64,000 nt of DNA, from NCBI RefSeq assembly GCF_018977255.1, contig NW_024704742.1:100194001-100258000 (forward strand), in the 5' to 3' direction. Position numbers and translations under genes: made by a program. Below are positions 49,813 to 62,352 of this stretch, piece by piece. The notes beneath the pieces are model-generated. The model was given only the letters and a program-made list of their open reading frames with translations, searched no databases and was not told where the DNA came from. Source of the DNA: Callorhinchus milii (taxonomy: Eukaryota). How positions within the stretch are numbered: the stretch's first letter is position 1; every line of letters starts with the position of its first letter.

Positions 49813-51609
49813 TCTAGCATGGAATTCCTGCTGGCCAAAAACAATTCCTTAATAAGAAATTCCATTAAGAAATATTATAAAATACTGGGTCACAAATACT
49901 GAGGATGAAGCCAACAATCATTTAAATTTGTTATCCTACTCGAAGGATGTGATATAGATGCAAATTGTTTTTGAAGATGAAACAGTGTACAAATCCAAAC
50001 ATGTTTGTGCACTTGTTTTATTTTGCCGTAATTTCCTGTTCATACTATAAGAATTGAGCCAGTAAGCTATCAACAGTAAAGCAATTGGAAGTAGAAAAGA
50101 TTAATGACAGTGGCGAGGGTTGAGAAGAGTGCTATGCATGAATATTTAAGCATGTACACAGAGCTTCACTAACCAATGTTAGATTATTTAAATATTGTTA
50201 AAGATTTGGGAGTATCACTGGCCTTTTATAATAATAATAAAATTGGTCCTTTAAATGTTCCTGTGGAATCCAATGGGACTTCTACCCCCCTCTCCACAAG
50301 AAAGTTTAAGGGATCATTTGTGGCAGAGCTGAACTGATTTGCTATGCCTTTGCTGCTGCCAAAGACATATTTTCAAGGTGTGCTTGGCAGCCAAGCTCCT
50401 GTGCAATTCACCTTCAGATTCTGCTGCTCAAACCCATATTTATGTAGTGACTTTTAAAGATATTCAGTGATTAAAGCAGAGTATAAAGTTGCCTTTGAAT
50501 TGCATCTCCAGAGACTCAAAATGTGCTGAGCTAGAGACAAATGTGCTAAACGTGAGGGGCGGTCAGACCCCACCCCCTCTCCCCCAGCATCCTTTAGTCT
50601 TATGTACGGCGCTTACTTATGTTTCTTGCTCTGGCTCTCTTCCCGTTGCTCTCTGTGCTGCCTCATGTCGCAAACAATACAAAATTACATTTGTACAGCG
50701 CCTTTCGTGTTGGGAGGATGTCTCAAGGAGCTTGTGCACCTTGTGAGAAGCAGCAGGGAGTGCAAGAGGAAGAGAGCCAGAGCAGACGATATGAAGTAGC
50801 GTGGAGAATGATGGAAAGTCGACACCACTAATCTCCCATCACCTTGGCTCCCACTAACCCAGCAAGCCAAAGCCCTAATGGGTAGGGTGGTCCTAGCTGG
50901 ACAAGCAGCAGGAAGTTTTCCAGACAGTATTTTGAATTGCAAACTTTTTTAGTTGGTTAAACTACAACACACACTCTGGGGTCTTGGAAGTCTGGTGTTG
51001 GCTCTTGCAATCCTGCATCTAATATTCTCTGGAATTAGATGAGTAGGGTATGTGTATTCTATTTCAGGTACAGGAACATTTCCTCGCATAGTTGGCATAC
51101 ATATGTAATCGCAGTCTAGTTGTGCTACCGTTAAGTATGGGGAAAGGTTTCCCCATGTGCCAGCGACCTGGCTAATCCAAAACAATTTGTATATTGCCTC
51201 TGAGAGTATGTTGACAATGTGATCTAACGATAACATCATATTTTTGTGTATGTGCAAATTGTTGTCAAAATTGCTTTGAGATCCTGTTATCTAAATAATG
51301 CTAGCAGAGGCCAGGTGATGCATCAGAATGTCAGATGTGTTTGCTTCAGGCCTTGTCTGCATTATTTGTATAGAAGGGATTGCAGGGATAGCAGGGATTG
51401 CAAAATAAGGGAAAAACAATTATTGGCATTAATTGTGTGCATGAGTGCCTGATGTCACCACTATACTTTTGCAATGATGTAATGATATTTTCCCACACAT
51501 CAAATGCCATTAGGTCTGTTACTGTGGTTTTGCATTTTGAAATTGGATCTCCTGTATGTGAAGTCAACAGGAGATCCAACTCTGAGTACGATCTTCAGAA
51601 ATGTAGGTA

Positions 51610-52150
51610 TTGGTCTTGCTGAGTGACTATCACTCTCACCACTGGGGTCACAAGATTGTGGGTTAAAAACCCACGTAGGAATCTAAATTCACATAGTCTA
51701 GGTTGACATTCCAATATATTGCTGGTGGTGTGCGTCATTGCTGGAGATGCCATCCTTCTGGTGAGATGTTAAACCAAGGTCCTGTCTGCCTGTTAAGGTG
51801 GATGTTAAAGAGAGAATAATAATCCTTGCATCTTATCATGTCAATGAAATGTCTCCAAGCACTTCATGGATATACTGTAAAGTGATACCACTCTGTGTAT
51901 TTGGGGATGAACATTTTACATTAACATAGGATCCCATACTACTATTTGAAGAGGCAAGAGAGTTTCTCCCAGTATCATGGCTAACAATCTCCCAGATAAA
52001 ATTGGTCATTAATTTCATGATTGTTTGTGGGCCATTGTTGGTGTTTGCAAATTGGCTTTCGAGTTCGCCTACAAAATATATAATAAATCTTGTGAAGTGC
52101 TTTGAGATTTCTTTCCGACCATCTATCTATCAATTGTAGAATTATTATAT
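51610..52150 (+). mobile_element. Old Deu-domain SINE with a nested inverted SINE tail (~51815-51910)
   Basis: gagatgttaaaccaaggtcctgtctgcc..[inverted tail]..gatcccatactactatttgaagagg. Confidence 0.7.
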
Positions 52151-52179
52151 TATTATAATGTGAATACCAGGCATCAAGA

Positions 52180-52362
52180 CTTTTCTCTTCAACCGTGCCT
52201 TCAGTTCCCCTCGCGACTCTCTACCTCCTCCTCGCTTCCTCCCTTCCCTCTCCTCACCCTGACCATTTCCCCCCTGCTCGGGTCCCGACCCAACTGTCCA
52301 GCGCCTTGGGACGTCCTCCCGATGTGAAAGGCGCTCTATAAATGCAATCTTGTTGTTGTTGT
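52180..52362 (+). mobile_element. Young L2 3' terminal fragment
   Basis: Close match to the reverse complement of 26627-26870. Confidence 0.9.
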
Positions 52363-53059
52363 ATTTGACATTATGAGTTGCCTCCTGAGGTGGAATTAAA
52401 AGGTTAACATAAAAGTAACGTAAACTGAGTGTAAGATGTTGTTCTGTACCTTATGAGATCTGATAAAATGGAGGTAAAATTGGATTCCAAACTAAGGCTG
52501 TTTTTTTCTAACAAAATTAACAATAGAGATTAAACCAGCACAGGTAAATGCACCTACAATCACAGTGGAGCCCTAACAAAAGCCCCTTTAGTGTGAACAT
52601 TCTCAAAAGTCCAAACCTATTTAGTCATAAAACCTAATATGTTACATTGAAACATTGAAGTGGGAAGTGATATTGAATCATACAGAGAATCTGTTATACC
52701 AGAGAAAATCAATGTGAATATAAAATTCCGATATTTGGTTTCATTACTGAGTAAAGGTTTTCCCGTCTCTCATGTAAAATTGTAATGATGTCGATTTTTT
52801 TGTAAATTCTCACTTCTGCAAGTTCAGACAACTGTGCTTATTATAACATATTTACAAGCAAATTTGTTGAGTCACAAACTGTGACGCTGAATTCATCACA
52901 AATAATAGTGCAGTAGAGTTACTTAATGTCAAGAGTAAATACAATACATTATTGGAAAAATTAGCCGTATACTATTCATTAAAACAATTCTTAGTACAAA
53001 CAAGACATTTTAAACAAGAGTACTGCTTAACCCAACTTCCTTGCACCATCCTTAGTTTC

Positions 53060-53520
53060 TTAATTGTTTATTTCCTCCAATGTCTCTCCTGAATATGTTG
53101 AATCGAGGCTGGGTACAGTTCCATAGATGCCAGCCATGAATGATCAAGCTGGACTTTACACACTTCTTCAAGGATAACCTTGGACAGTAAGTATGGGCAT
53201 TGGGCTCAGCTGTGATCACTAAAGAAAGGGTCAGCCCAGTCCTGTCCTTCAACTTAACCAATCTTATGATCTTGTGACATATCCATGCACATACACATGC
53301 TTTTCCCATCACAGTGGTGGGGGAGGGCGAGGGAACCCAGGCACCCGGGAGGTATCAAAGGCCACAATCAAGAGCAGGAATCCTGGATGACTTTTATATT
53401 TTTTAAATGAGGGGCATTAAGGACATAGGTAGTTCCTCTACTGTTTCCGCCCCCCATTCCCCCAAAATCACACTAACTAACTGAGCACATATTGGGGAGT
53501 AAACCTGCAACTTCCAAGTC
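53060..53520 (-). repeat. Ancient unclassified SINE-like repeat
   Basis: gctgggtacagttccat..atcaagagcaggaatcctgg resembles 10390-10730. Confidence 0.45.
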
Positions 53521-53539
53521 TACCTGCCTCAATTTAACT

Positions 53540-54048
53540 TCAACATCAACAACTTGCATTTATATAACACCTTTCATATTTATAAGACAACCCAAGGCAA
53601 TAGACAGTTGAGGATTTGGACCAAAGTTCGGGGTTGGATTCATGGGGGAGGCAAAGGAGTGAAAGATAATATAAGATATGGTCAAAGAGAAAGGTCTTGA
53701 GATGGACCATGGTGAGAGGTGAGGTGGAGTGCCTCTGGAATAGTTCCAGAGTGTGGGGGCAGAAAAGCTAAAGGCCCAACTACCAATGGTCAGGCAAGCT
53801 GAGCGGGGAATGTGAAGCAGGCAAGTGCCTGCTGAGCAGAGGGAGTGGGTGGGTTGGTGGGTGGAAGTAGGGTGGGGAAAAGCCAAGGAGAGATTTAAAA
53901 GTGATGATCTTGAACTCTGGGGGAATGTGCAGGCAGTGGAGCTCAGCAAGGATGGGGGTGATAGGCTCGTAGAGGACATGAACTGTAGAGCTCTGGATTG
54001 TCTGCAGCTCAATGAGTTGGGAAGTCTGGAAAGCTTTTCTAGGCAGTG
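53540..54048 (-). mobile_element. L2 LINE 3' end, old
   Basis: Translates LLHIPRSACLTIGSWAFSFSAPTLWN. Tail at 53540-53610. Confidence 0.8.
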
Positions 54049-54174
54049 AGATAAGTAATAAAAATGATCATCTGTCTTGATGATCATTTTTATTATGAAA
54101 TAAAAATGATGAAATATCAAGACAGATGATCATTTTTATTACTTATCCGTACTTTTGCTTTATTTCCAATTAGA

Positions 54175-55041
54175 ATAGGATAGCAGCAGACAGCAGGAGG
54201 ATATAGACAGGCTGGTGAAATGGGCAGACACATGGCAGATGGAATTTAATGCAGAGAAGGGTGAAGTGATGCATTTTGGAAGGAGGAAAGAGGAGAGACA
54301 ATATAAGATAAATTATACAATTTTAAAGGGAGTACAGGAACAGAGACACCTGAGGGTTCACAAACATAAATCTTTGAAGGTGGCAGGACAAGTTGACAAA
54401 GCTATTAAAAGGGATCCTTGGCTTTATAAATAGAGGCATTTATAAAAACAAGGAAGTTATGTTGAACCTTTACAAATTGCTGGTTAAGTCTCAGCTGGAG
54501 TATTTGTCCAATTCTAGGCCCACACTTCATGAAGGATGTCAGGGCCTTGGCGTGGGTGCAAAAGGGATTTACCAGAATGAAACCAGGGATGAGGAACCTC
54601 AGTTATGTAGAGAGACTAGAGAGACTGGGATTATTCACCTTAGGACAGAGAAAATTGAAGGGAGATTTAACAGAAGTGTTCAAAATATGCAGGGTTTTGA
54701 TAGAGTAGATAGGGAGAAACGGTTTCCTCTGGCAGGTGGCTTGGTAACCAGAGGACATAGATTTAAGATAATTGGCAATGGAACCAGAGGGGAGACCAGG
54801 AGATTTGTTTTTTACCCAGAGAGTTGTTATGGTCTGGAATGCACTACCTGAAAAGGTGGTGGAAGCAGATTCGATAATAATTTTCCAAAAGGTAATTGGA
54901 TAGGTAGTTGAAAAGGAAAAATTTCCAGGGTTATGGGGTACAATCGGGGGAGTGGGACTAATTGGTAGCTGTTTCAAAGAACTGGCACAGGCACAATGGG
55001 CCGAATGGCCTCCTTCTGTGCTGTAAGATTCTATGATTCTA
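54175..55041 (+). mobile_element. CR1 LINE 3' portion
   Basis: KWADTWQMEFNAEK.EVMHFG, ILGFINRGI, LYK.LVKSQLEY, TRGHRFKI. Tail gggccgaatggcctccttctgtgctgtaagattctatgattct. Confidence 0.92.
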
Positions 55042-55184
55042 AGAGACTATTCCATTAACTTGGATATCTTTTTCTTGAAAATATGTTAAGTTTGAGTTTC
55101 TCCCATTCCCCCAACTTCAGTCCCTATAATTTCCTTCCTTTCTATTTCTGAGCCTGTTCTCACATGATAATAATATTAATAATA

Positions 55185-55620
55185 ATAATAGATTTTACTA
55201 TTGCACCTGATCATGTCAGGAGGATATCTCAAAGAACTTCACAGACTTTTACTGTAAAGGGGCCGAGCGTTTGTAGGAGTTACAGCAGCCAATTTGCATA
55301 TAGCAATGTCCCACAAACACCCAAGAAATGAACAACCAATTTTGTTTTGGGGGATTATTGGCCAGGACATGGGAGAAACTCCCTTCTCTTTTCAAATAAT
55401 GCTGTAGTCTACCTGAATAAGTAGAATAAGTCTACCTGAACAGATAGTCGGAAACTCAGTTTAATGTCTCAACTGAAGGATGACATCTCCAACATTGCAG
55501 TACACCCCTGGGACTACACTGGAGTGAAAAGGTGAGTTCAAATTCCCAACATGGGGCGTGAACCCACAACCTTCTGACTCAGAGGTGGGAGTGCTACCAA
55601 CTGAGCAAGGCTGACATCTA
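55185..55620 (-). mobile_element. Old Deu-domain SINE, near full length
   Basis: gcagccaatttgcatatagcaatgtcccacaaac..ggccaggacatgggagaaactcc..aacccacaaccttctgactcag..actgagcaagg. Confidence 0.85.
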
Positions 55621-56720
55621 ACACCTACACATTTTCAAGAAAAAAGGTGAGTGGAAATCCCTTGATAGTAAGATCAGTGAGACCCTAATTCATTTTTCAC
55701 ATCCCGAGCTCAGGGATACTGAGGCTAATTGTTCTCCAACATTGTGATTTGGACTTCACAGGTCGGACCAAAGTAAATCTCCAAATATTGTGGAAACAAC
55801 TGCACTGAAATGTTCCAACCCAGCAACAACAGTGAACCTGAAATTCCTCAACCTGAGGCTGAACTGACCCTTTCCTTGTCAGTTTGAGGACTGTGTGTTC
55901 AATGACTGATCAAGCAGTCCCTGTGCTCTGGATGTTACACCGAAACACATAGCAACAAGATCTTATCCAGATCTGATTAGGTCTGCTCAGGAACCTGCAT
56001 TCTCTGAAGTATCACTTCGCTCACCTTTTCACCGCAGTGCGTAACTCCACATGTAATATAATTCTGTGCAGTAATATAGAGTAACCCACAGAGTTAAGTC
56101 CCTAATATTTTACCCTGTACTACCTGCTCGCTTGCACAAGAGTGATAGACAAAAGAAGTCTTTTCCTTGTCACATCCTGCTAGGTAAGCGTTCCGATACA
56201 CTGCTCTGTGACACTTGATTGTTATCATTATAAGAACAACTAGTTCAGTACTGTACAAGGTCAACTCCAGTAAAACCACACATTCAACTGTGAGCGGATA
56301 CAGTATCTGATCACAATCTCATCCACAATATAACACGTACGAATTAATGAATTTCGGAAATGATGAAAACACAGAGACAGATAATAATAATAATAATAGA
56401 CATTTTATACACAATTACCTTATTGGTGCTGTTGCATTACAGCCAGCTCTGGGTGGAACTTCACACCACTACAGTACAGTATAACACAGTAACACAATCA
56501 ATAGTCAATTTACCACACCATTTAAACTTTTCAGAATAAAATAAAATAGATATACAACCCATTTATTAATTGTTTCTCTTACACACGATTGGATTTTTTG
56601 GTTGCAAGCCCCTGGTACAACATTATAGTGCGACTTTCTCCTCTGTCCTTGTTTTTGTTCATGGGCAAAATGCCCACCCTGCTAAGTTCATGGAACTTTC
56701 AGTTTTAGCTGTACACTTAC

Positions 56721-56960
56721 CTGTTTTCAAATAACACATTCAGGACCTTTTGTTGTTTGTTGCTTTGTTACTTCAGGAGCACAATGCTTGAGCAGTGGCA
56801 GCAGATTGTGTAGCTCTTCCTGGTTTTCGTCTTGAGGAGACTGAAGGCCAATAACAATGAAACCTTCCCTAATAGTCAGGAAGTGGCTTGACGTCAGCTC
56901 ATTAGCCTCTGACCACTTTCTTCTGTTTCAGTCTGATCCAGGAAGTGCTGTGGTTCAGAC
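56721..56960 (-). promoter_or_regulatory. Candidate distal promoter or enhancer with a possible alternative first exon
   Basis: CAGGAAGTG at 56877 and 56939, TGACGTCA at 56889, TGTGGTT at 56949, CCAAT at ~56848. Perfect minus-strand donor CAG|GTAAGT at 56721. Confidence 0.4.
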
Positions 56961-57884
56961 TCTGGAAGAGTTGCTATAGTGGTTGTCACAGTATGACTAG
57001 AGTACACAACACCACAGGCTGTTATCTAGTCGTGCGACGGTAAATTGTACCATTATTCAGTTTCAGAAAGTGTCATCAATCATAATGTGTTCCAGGCAAA
57101 ATGTATCTGTACAGTCACATAAAAGCTTTGTGGAGGGAGACCCAAGAGAATCGTGTTTGCTGTATAGTTAGAAACAGAAGAAAATATTGGGAAATAACAG
57201 AATGTATTGATCAAAACCCTTTTTTTTAAAATTCTGTGATTAAACCGTCTTTTGATTACAATGAAGAATACATAACATTACTATCCTGGCTGATAATCCC
57301 CCCAGATAAAATTGATCATTCACTTTATGGCTGTTTGTGAGACAATGCCACATGCAAATTGGTTTCTGCATTTCATTTCAAAATACGGAGTCATTACACT
57401 TCACAGTAAAATCTTGTGAAGCACTGTGAGACATCCTCCCGACGTGCACAAAACAAAACAAGTATTTTTACTATTATTATTACTATTATTATTACTCTAT
57501 TCCCTTGATGTGAAGTTATATGGATGTTTCTTTAATTTGTAAAGTGTTAAAGTTCTCATCAAATTGATTCCATGTACACAAGGTGAACAGTTGTTGTGAA
57601 ATGTTATTGCTTAAACAAACAAATCAAGTTTAACAGTGAGAACAGGGAGGTTAAGATGTTTGGAATGTATCCTGTTTAACCTTAAATATAGGTAGGGCTC
57701 TGATCCAAGATATGTCTTGGGTGTCTGAACTTTTAACAAGAATGATTCATGCCAACCTTGACATTGATAGAGTGAATTGTGGCAAAATGGAGCATATTTA
57801 GCCCTGTTAGCTGATGATCACCCTATACTAATTTAAAAAAAAACGTTTTAGTTTGTCCAATTATCCTTCTAAATAATCTCCCCA

Positions 57885-58056
57885 TTGGCACATGTCTCAC
57901 TGCTCCTTGTCTTGCTGATGCGTTTATCACATCCAGGCTAGACTACACTAACTCTCTGCTCACCGGACTTCCCAACTCTGCCCTCCACAAACTGCAGACT
58001 ATTCAGACCTCTGCAGCTGTGTCCTCTTCTGCACTGTGAGCCTATCACCCCCATTC
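57885..58056 (+). mobile_element. L2 internal fragment
   Basis: Translates AFITSRLDYTNSLLTGLPNSALHKLQTIQTSAA. Confidence 0.75.
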
Positions 58057-60234
58057 TCAGGAGGAACACTTTATTTTTAAAAAAACAGAACTTAACAGGT
58101 GCACAGTGCACTGGACCAAAACATGGCTCTTTGCAGCACTGAGTTCCTGAACTGTTTGGGGAGGTGGAGACTCAGCCACCTCACCTCGAGCAAAGGGAAA
58201 CAGAGGAAGCATCAACTTGACCAACTTCCATGCACCTCCTAGTGGCTGGCTTGAAAACAGTAGGGAAGCATGAGGAAATCTCCCACTTTGGTTCTCAGAC
58301 ATGTTTAGACATGAAATGGAGAGATAACTTCAGGGAAGGGAAAGAGAGAAGTATGCACACAAACAAAACAGAGACTTAATAGTTTTTGTTTGACAAAATC
58401 ATTTACTTAGACTTTAAAAGAACTTCCTTTGGACCAGTGTAAAAAAATAGCAATTGCTGAAGGGAGAATGTTCCAGCTTAACCTTTTGCAACCAAACAAA
58501 CTTGCAACCTACTGAGGTGTTTATTCATGAGCAATATACTGTGAAAAAATATCTGAGGCCACAGGCTAAGAATGTCAAAACAAAGTAATTGCAATTATAC
58601 AATAGTAATGTGTAAAAGCGCATCAGACAAGTTAAATATTAGAATCAGAAACAGTCCCGCTGCTGAAATAACTATTTCTCCGAATCAATTTCTTTTGACA
58701 GCATATCAAATTTCACAGGGGCTTTCATATTTAGAAAAGTCAGACAGTTCTAGAGGTCAAATGTGTTACATCTACGTTCAACAGCTTCAATATCTGACAA
58801 ATTATTGACGTTGAACTGTTTCCATGAGTGAAACCAAAAACGCTATTATGCATTTATGGTCGATTTGTGTCCAGCATCACTTTTGTTACATATTTCATAG
58901 AATTTACAGCACTGAAGCACGCCATTCGACCAAGCTAATCCGTGCTGCTGTTTATATTCCACAGATTAAAATTGTTGCTTTTCTAAAAAAAATTGCAATC
59001 TCCTCAAACAAAATAATTGCACTTTTTAACCCATTGTGTAAAGTATCTCAGTCAAATTGATATAATAATAATCCATGCATTAAATATAGTGACGTATAAT
59101 GTTGTTGAAACACTTCAATGCACTTTACAATGCACTTTGGAATTGAACAGTGTTTTACTGTAAAGTTATTTAGCACATCAATGAGTTGGATGTATTCCTT
59201 CCCCCTGACACACCCACCCCTCTTAACCTCTTTCCCCAGCCACCCCCTCTACCTGACAACCTCTACTCCCTGAAAACCCCTTCCCCCAGATACCTCCCAA
59301 TATCCCCTGACACCTGGGGGTGAGATATCAAAGTACTTCACAATATTTTACCATAAAGTGCAGTGTATTTTGTCAGCAAACCATCAGCCACTTGTGCACA
59401 GCAATGTCCCACACGCAACTATGAAGTGAATGGCCGATTTTATCTCAGAAAGACTGGGAGAAACTCCCTTCTCTTTTGAAACAGTGTCGTAGGAAGGACC
59501 GTTAAGGTCTGATCAGAAGGATGTCATCTCAGCTATGCAGGGCACCCCCATCACTGAATTGCGACAAATGTGCTCCTTACTACTACTAATACTACAACAA
59601 CTACAGCTTTCATTTTTATAGCACCCCTCCCTGAGGCCGGCTCATGCCTAAATAAACAAATAAAATAGGAAAGAAAATTATGCTCAATGCACAATCAAGC
59701 AAATAAATCTAACTTTGAATACAATTCTTGTGTTGGTAGTTCAAAAACAAAAATCTCCGAGGAATAATTTTGCCTACTTTTGCTATAGTGTTTTTTTAAT
59801 ATTTGATGGGCATTTATAACCATTAGCACTCAACGGGAATACCACAGAAGTAAACATTCAGCATTTAAAACAATAAATAATGGTTGGAACGGACTAAATT
59901 ATTTCCATTAATGATTTTGTATTGGTTTGTTGAGTGTAAAAGACACATGTAATTAAGACCCAGTTGAAGTAGAATGTAATACCTCACCTCTGTAAAATAA
60001 ATGCTTAGTCATAAAGCAGACTTATATTGCTACATATGAAACTGTTGTGATTTATAAAACTGTTGGAATTACTAATTGTTGTCTGTGATGGAATAATGGG
60101 AACTTTTTAATATTTGTAAATAGTACAGATTTTTTACAATTACTAATAATTCAGCCATATGTGGGATGTGTAAATTATCTACCACTGTAACAACCATGAC
60201 ACAAATGGAAATGTTGCCATGTCCCATGATTGGA

Positions 60235-60905
60235 AATAAATCATCCTTGCATTTGATATAGCACCTTTCACGTTGGGATGATGTCTTAAAACACTTCACA
60301 GAATTTACTGTAAAGCGTAGTAATTGTATTTTGCAGGCAAATGCAGCAACCATTACTTGCACAGAAATGTTCCATAAACAACCATGAAGTGAAATAATCA
60401 ATTCTATCTGGGGCAGGGATTTTCAAACTGGGGCTGCACACCCCCACCCCACCTCCAGAATTCTTTTGGTTTGACCTGCATTTTTTCCAAGTCAGGTAGG
60501 AAAGAGAAACCAAGTGTAAGGAGAGGCCAAGTTTTGGAGAAGGGAGATAAAAAAGGAAAAAACACATTGGTTCGTCCTCTTCCCTCCGGTTCAAATATCA
60601 GTCACTTACTAGCCCGGGGACAAGAAACTAAGGGAGTATCTCCCGAGGAGCATGTGAATATGGCATTTTCTAAAAGCAGATTAATGTCCCAAGAGGAGTC
60701 AGCAAAAGAAGTTTTGGAACCACTGATTTTGGAGATTGTCAGCCAGGTAAACTAAGAGAAATTTTCTTTTCAAATATTGCCATGGGATATTTAATATTTC
60801 TCTGAACAGGCAAACCTTAGTTTCATCCAAAAGATGGTGGCACTTGAACTCACAACCTTCTGACACAGAGGCAAGAGTTCTACCAATTGAGCCAGGCTGA
60901 CATCA
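60235..60905 (-). mobile_element. Old Deu-domain SINE split by a DNA-transposon insert
   Basis: Tail and core at 60235-60413; remainder with tRNA-like head at 60726-60905. Confidence 0.7.
60414..60725. mobile_element. hAT-Charlie-type MITE (~312 bp)
   Basis: Ends CAGGGATTTTCAAACT and AGTTTTGGAACCACTG are imperfect Charlie-like TIRs. The 8-bp flanks atctgggg and attttgga match at 5 of 8 positions. Confidence 0.6.
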
Positions 60906-61167
60906 AATTACTAGCGCAAGAAAAGCTACTTGCCTGCAGAAACGAAATGTGACCTGAAGGATAACCGTGATGCATATATTAAAGAATATTCGTTCAAAAT
61001 GCAAATGCAGAACACATTGCTGCCTCAACCCTTATTTTAATCTTACTTTGAAATCTAAAATATTTTGGGGTAGAATTTAACTACCCAAGATATAAAAATA
61101 ACTTTTTAATTGACCAATATAGTAATAATAATTATAATCTTTGCATTTGGTATAGTTCTTTATCATA

Positions 61168-61440
61168 TCGAGAGACCTGGGTTTGATTCCTGGCAGGGCA
61201 AAGCCTTGGGCAAGTTTCCTTACTCCACACACCTGATGATAATCCCTCAAGAAAAAAAACACAATAATAAATTGATCACTTCAATCCACGACTGTTTGTG
61301 GGACACTGCTGTATGCAATTGGCTGCCGTGTTTGGCCCACAAATATACAGTCAATTATGTTTACAGTATATTCTGTGAAGCGCTTTGAGACATCTAGAAG
61401 ACGTTAAAAGTGCTAAATCAAATGTAAGGATTATTATTAT
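61168..61440 (+). mobile_element. Young SINE, short variant, 5'-truncated
   Basis: gagacctgggtttgattcctggcagggc..gtgggacactgctgt..aggattattattat. Confidence 0.85.
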
Positions 61441-62352
61441 ATCATTGAAATGTCTCAAAGCACTTCATGGGATATTACTGTAAATTGTATTGACTATATT
61501 TTGCAGGTGAACAAGTAATAAAAAGGGTAAACAACATCATTTATATTCTGCAGTCAATATATTTATAATGTACTTAACTTCACTATAAATTAGCTTTGCA
61601 AAAATAGTCTCAATATTGGGATCAAGCCATCATTACAGATCAGCCTTAGAAAAGAAAAACAATCTATATTGTTCTATATTGGCACTTGAGACTGACCCAA
61701 CAGTGTCTGATGTTTAAGAGCTTCTGTGGTATCACTTTTGTGTGAAGAATGTAGGATCTTAATATTTATTGGAATGAAAAATGTAACTTGTGATGGACAA
61801 CTAGTAAGGTTAACTGTCTCACTCTCTGCTGATTGATAAATGAACTTGTGTTGGCTCAGTAAGCTTATAATGGGGTAATACTAATGTAAGAACATAATAG
61901 CAAGACAGTCAATTTATCCACCAAAGTTAGTAAAATTGAAGAATTACCCCATCTCAAGACCCTAAGGCAGAAAAGCCTCCAATGGCTACCAATTGGTAGC
62001 ATTTTCAGCAAAATACATATAAAAGAAATGAGAAGAGAGAATCTGCAGTACTTTGCCTTTTGAGAACATAAAAACATAAGAAATACTAGACGAAAAAAGA
62101 GCAAGGTCCATCTAGTTCGCCGTCCATCTTTCTGGCGGTCGCATGCACTATGTCCCAAACTACCTATGTGCTATATCCCATAATGTTATTTCCTAAAAGA
62201 AACTATGTAATCTGTGTTTGAAAGAATCAACACTTCGAGAGAAGTGAGAATGTCAACTGGGTGGTTCATTGGGTTACATTATTCTTTTACTTCTACTTCC
62301 TGAGTTTGCATCAAAGGTAAATTGGACTAACCTTTTATTCGGGACCTTATCG

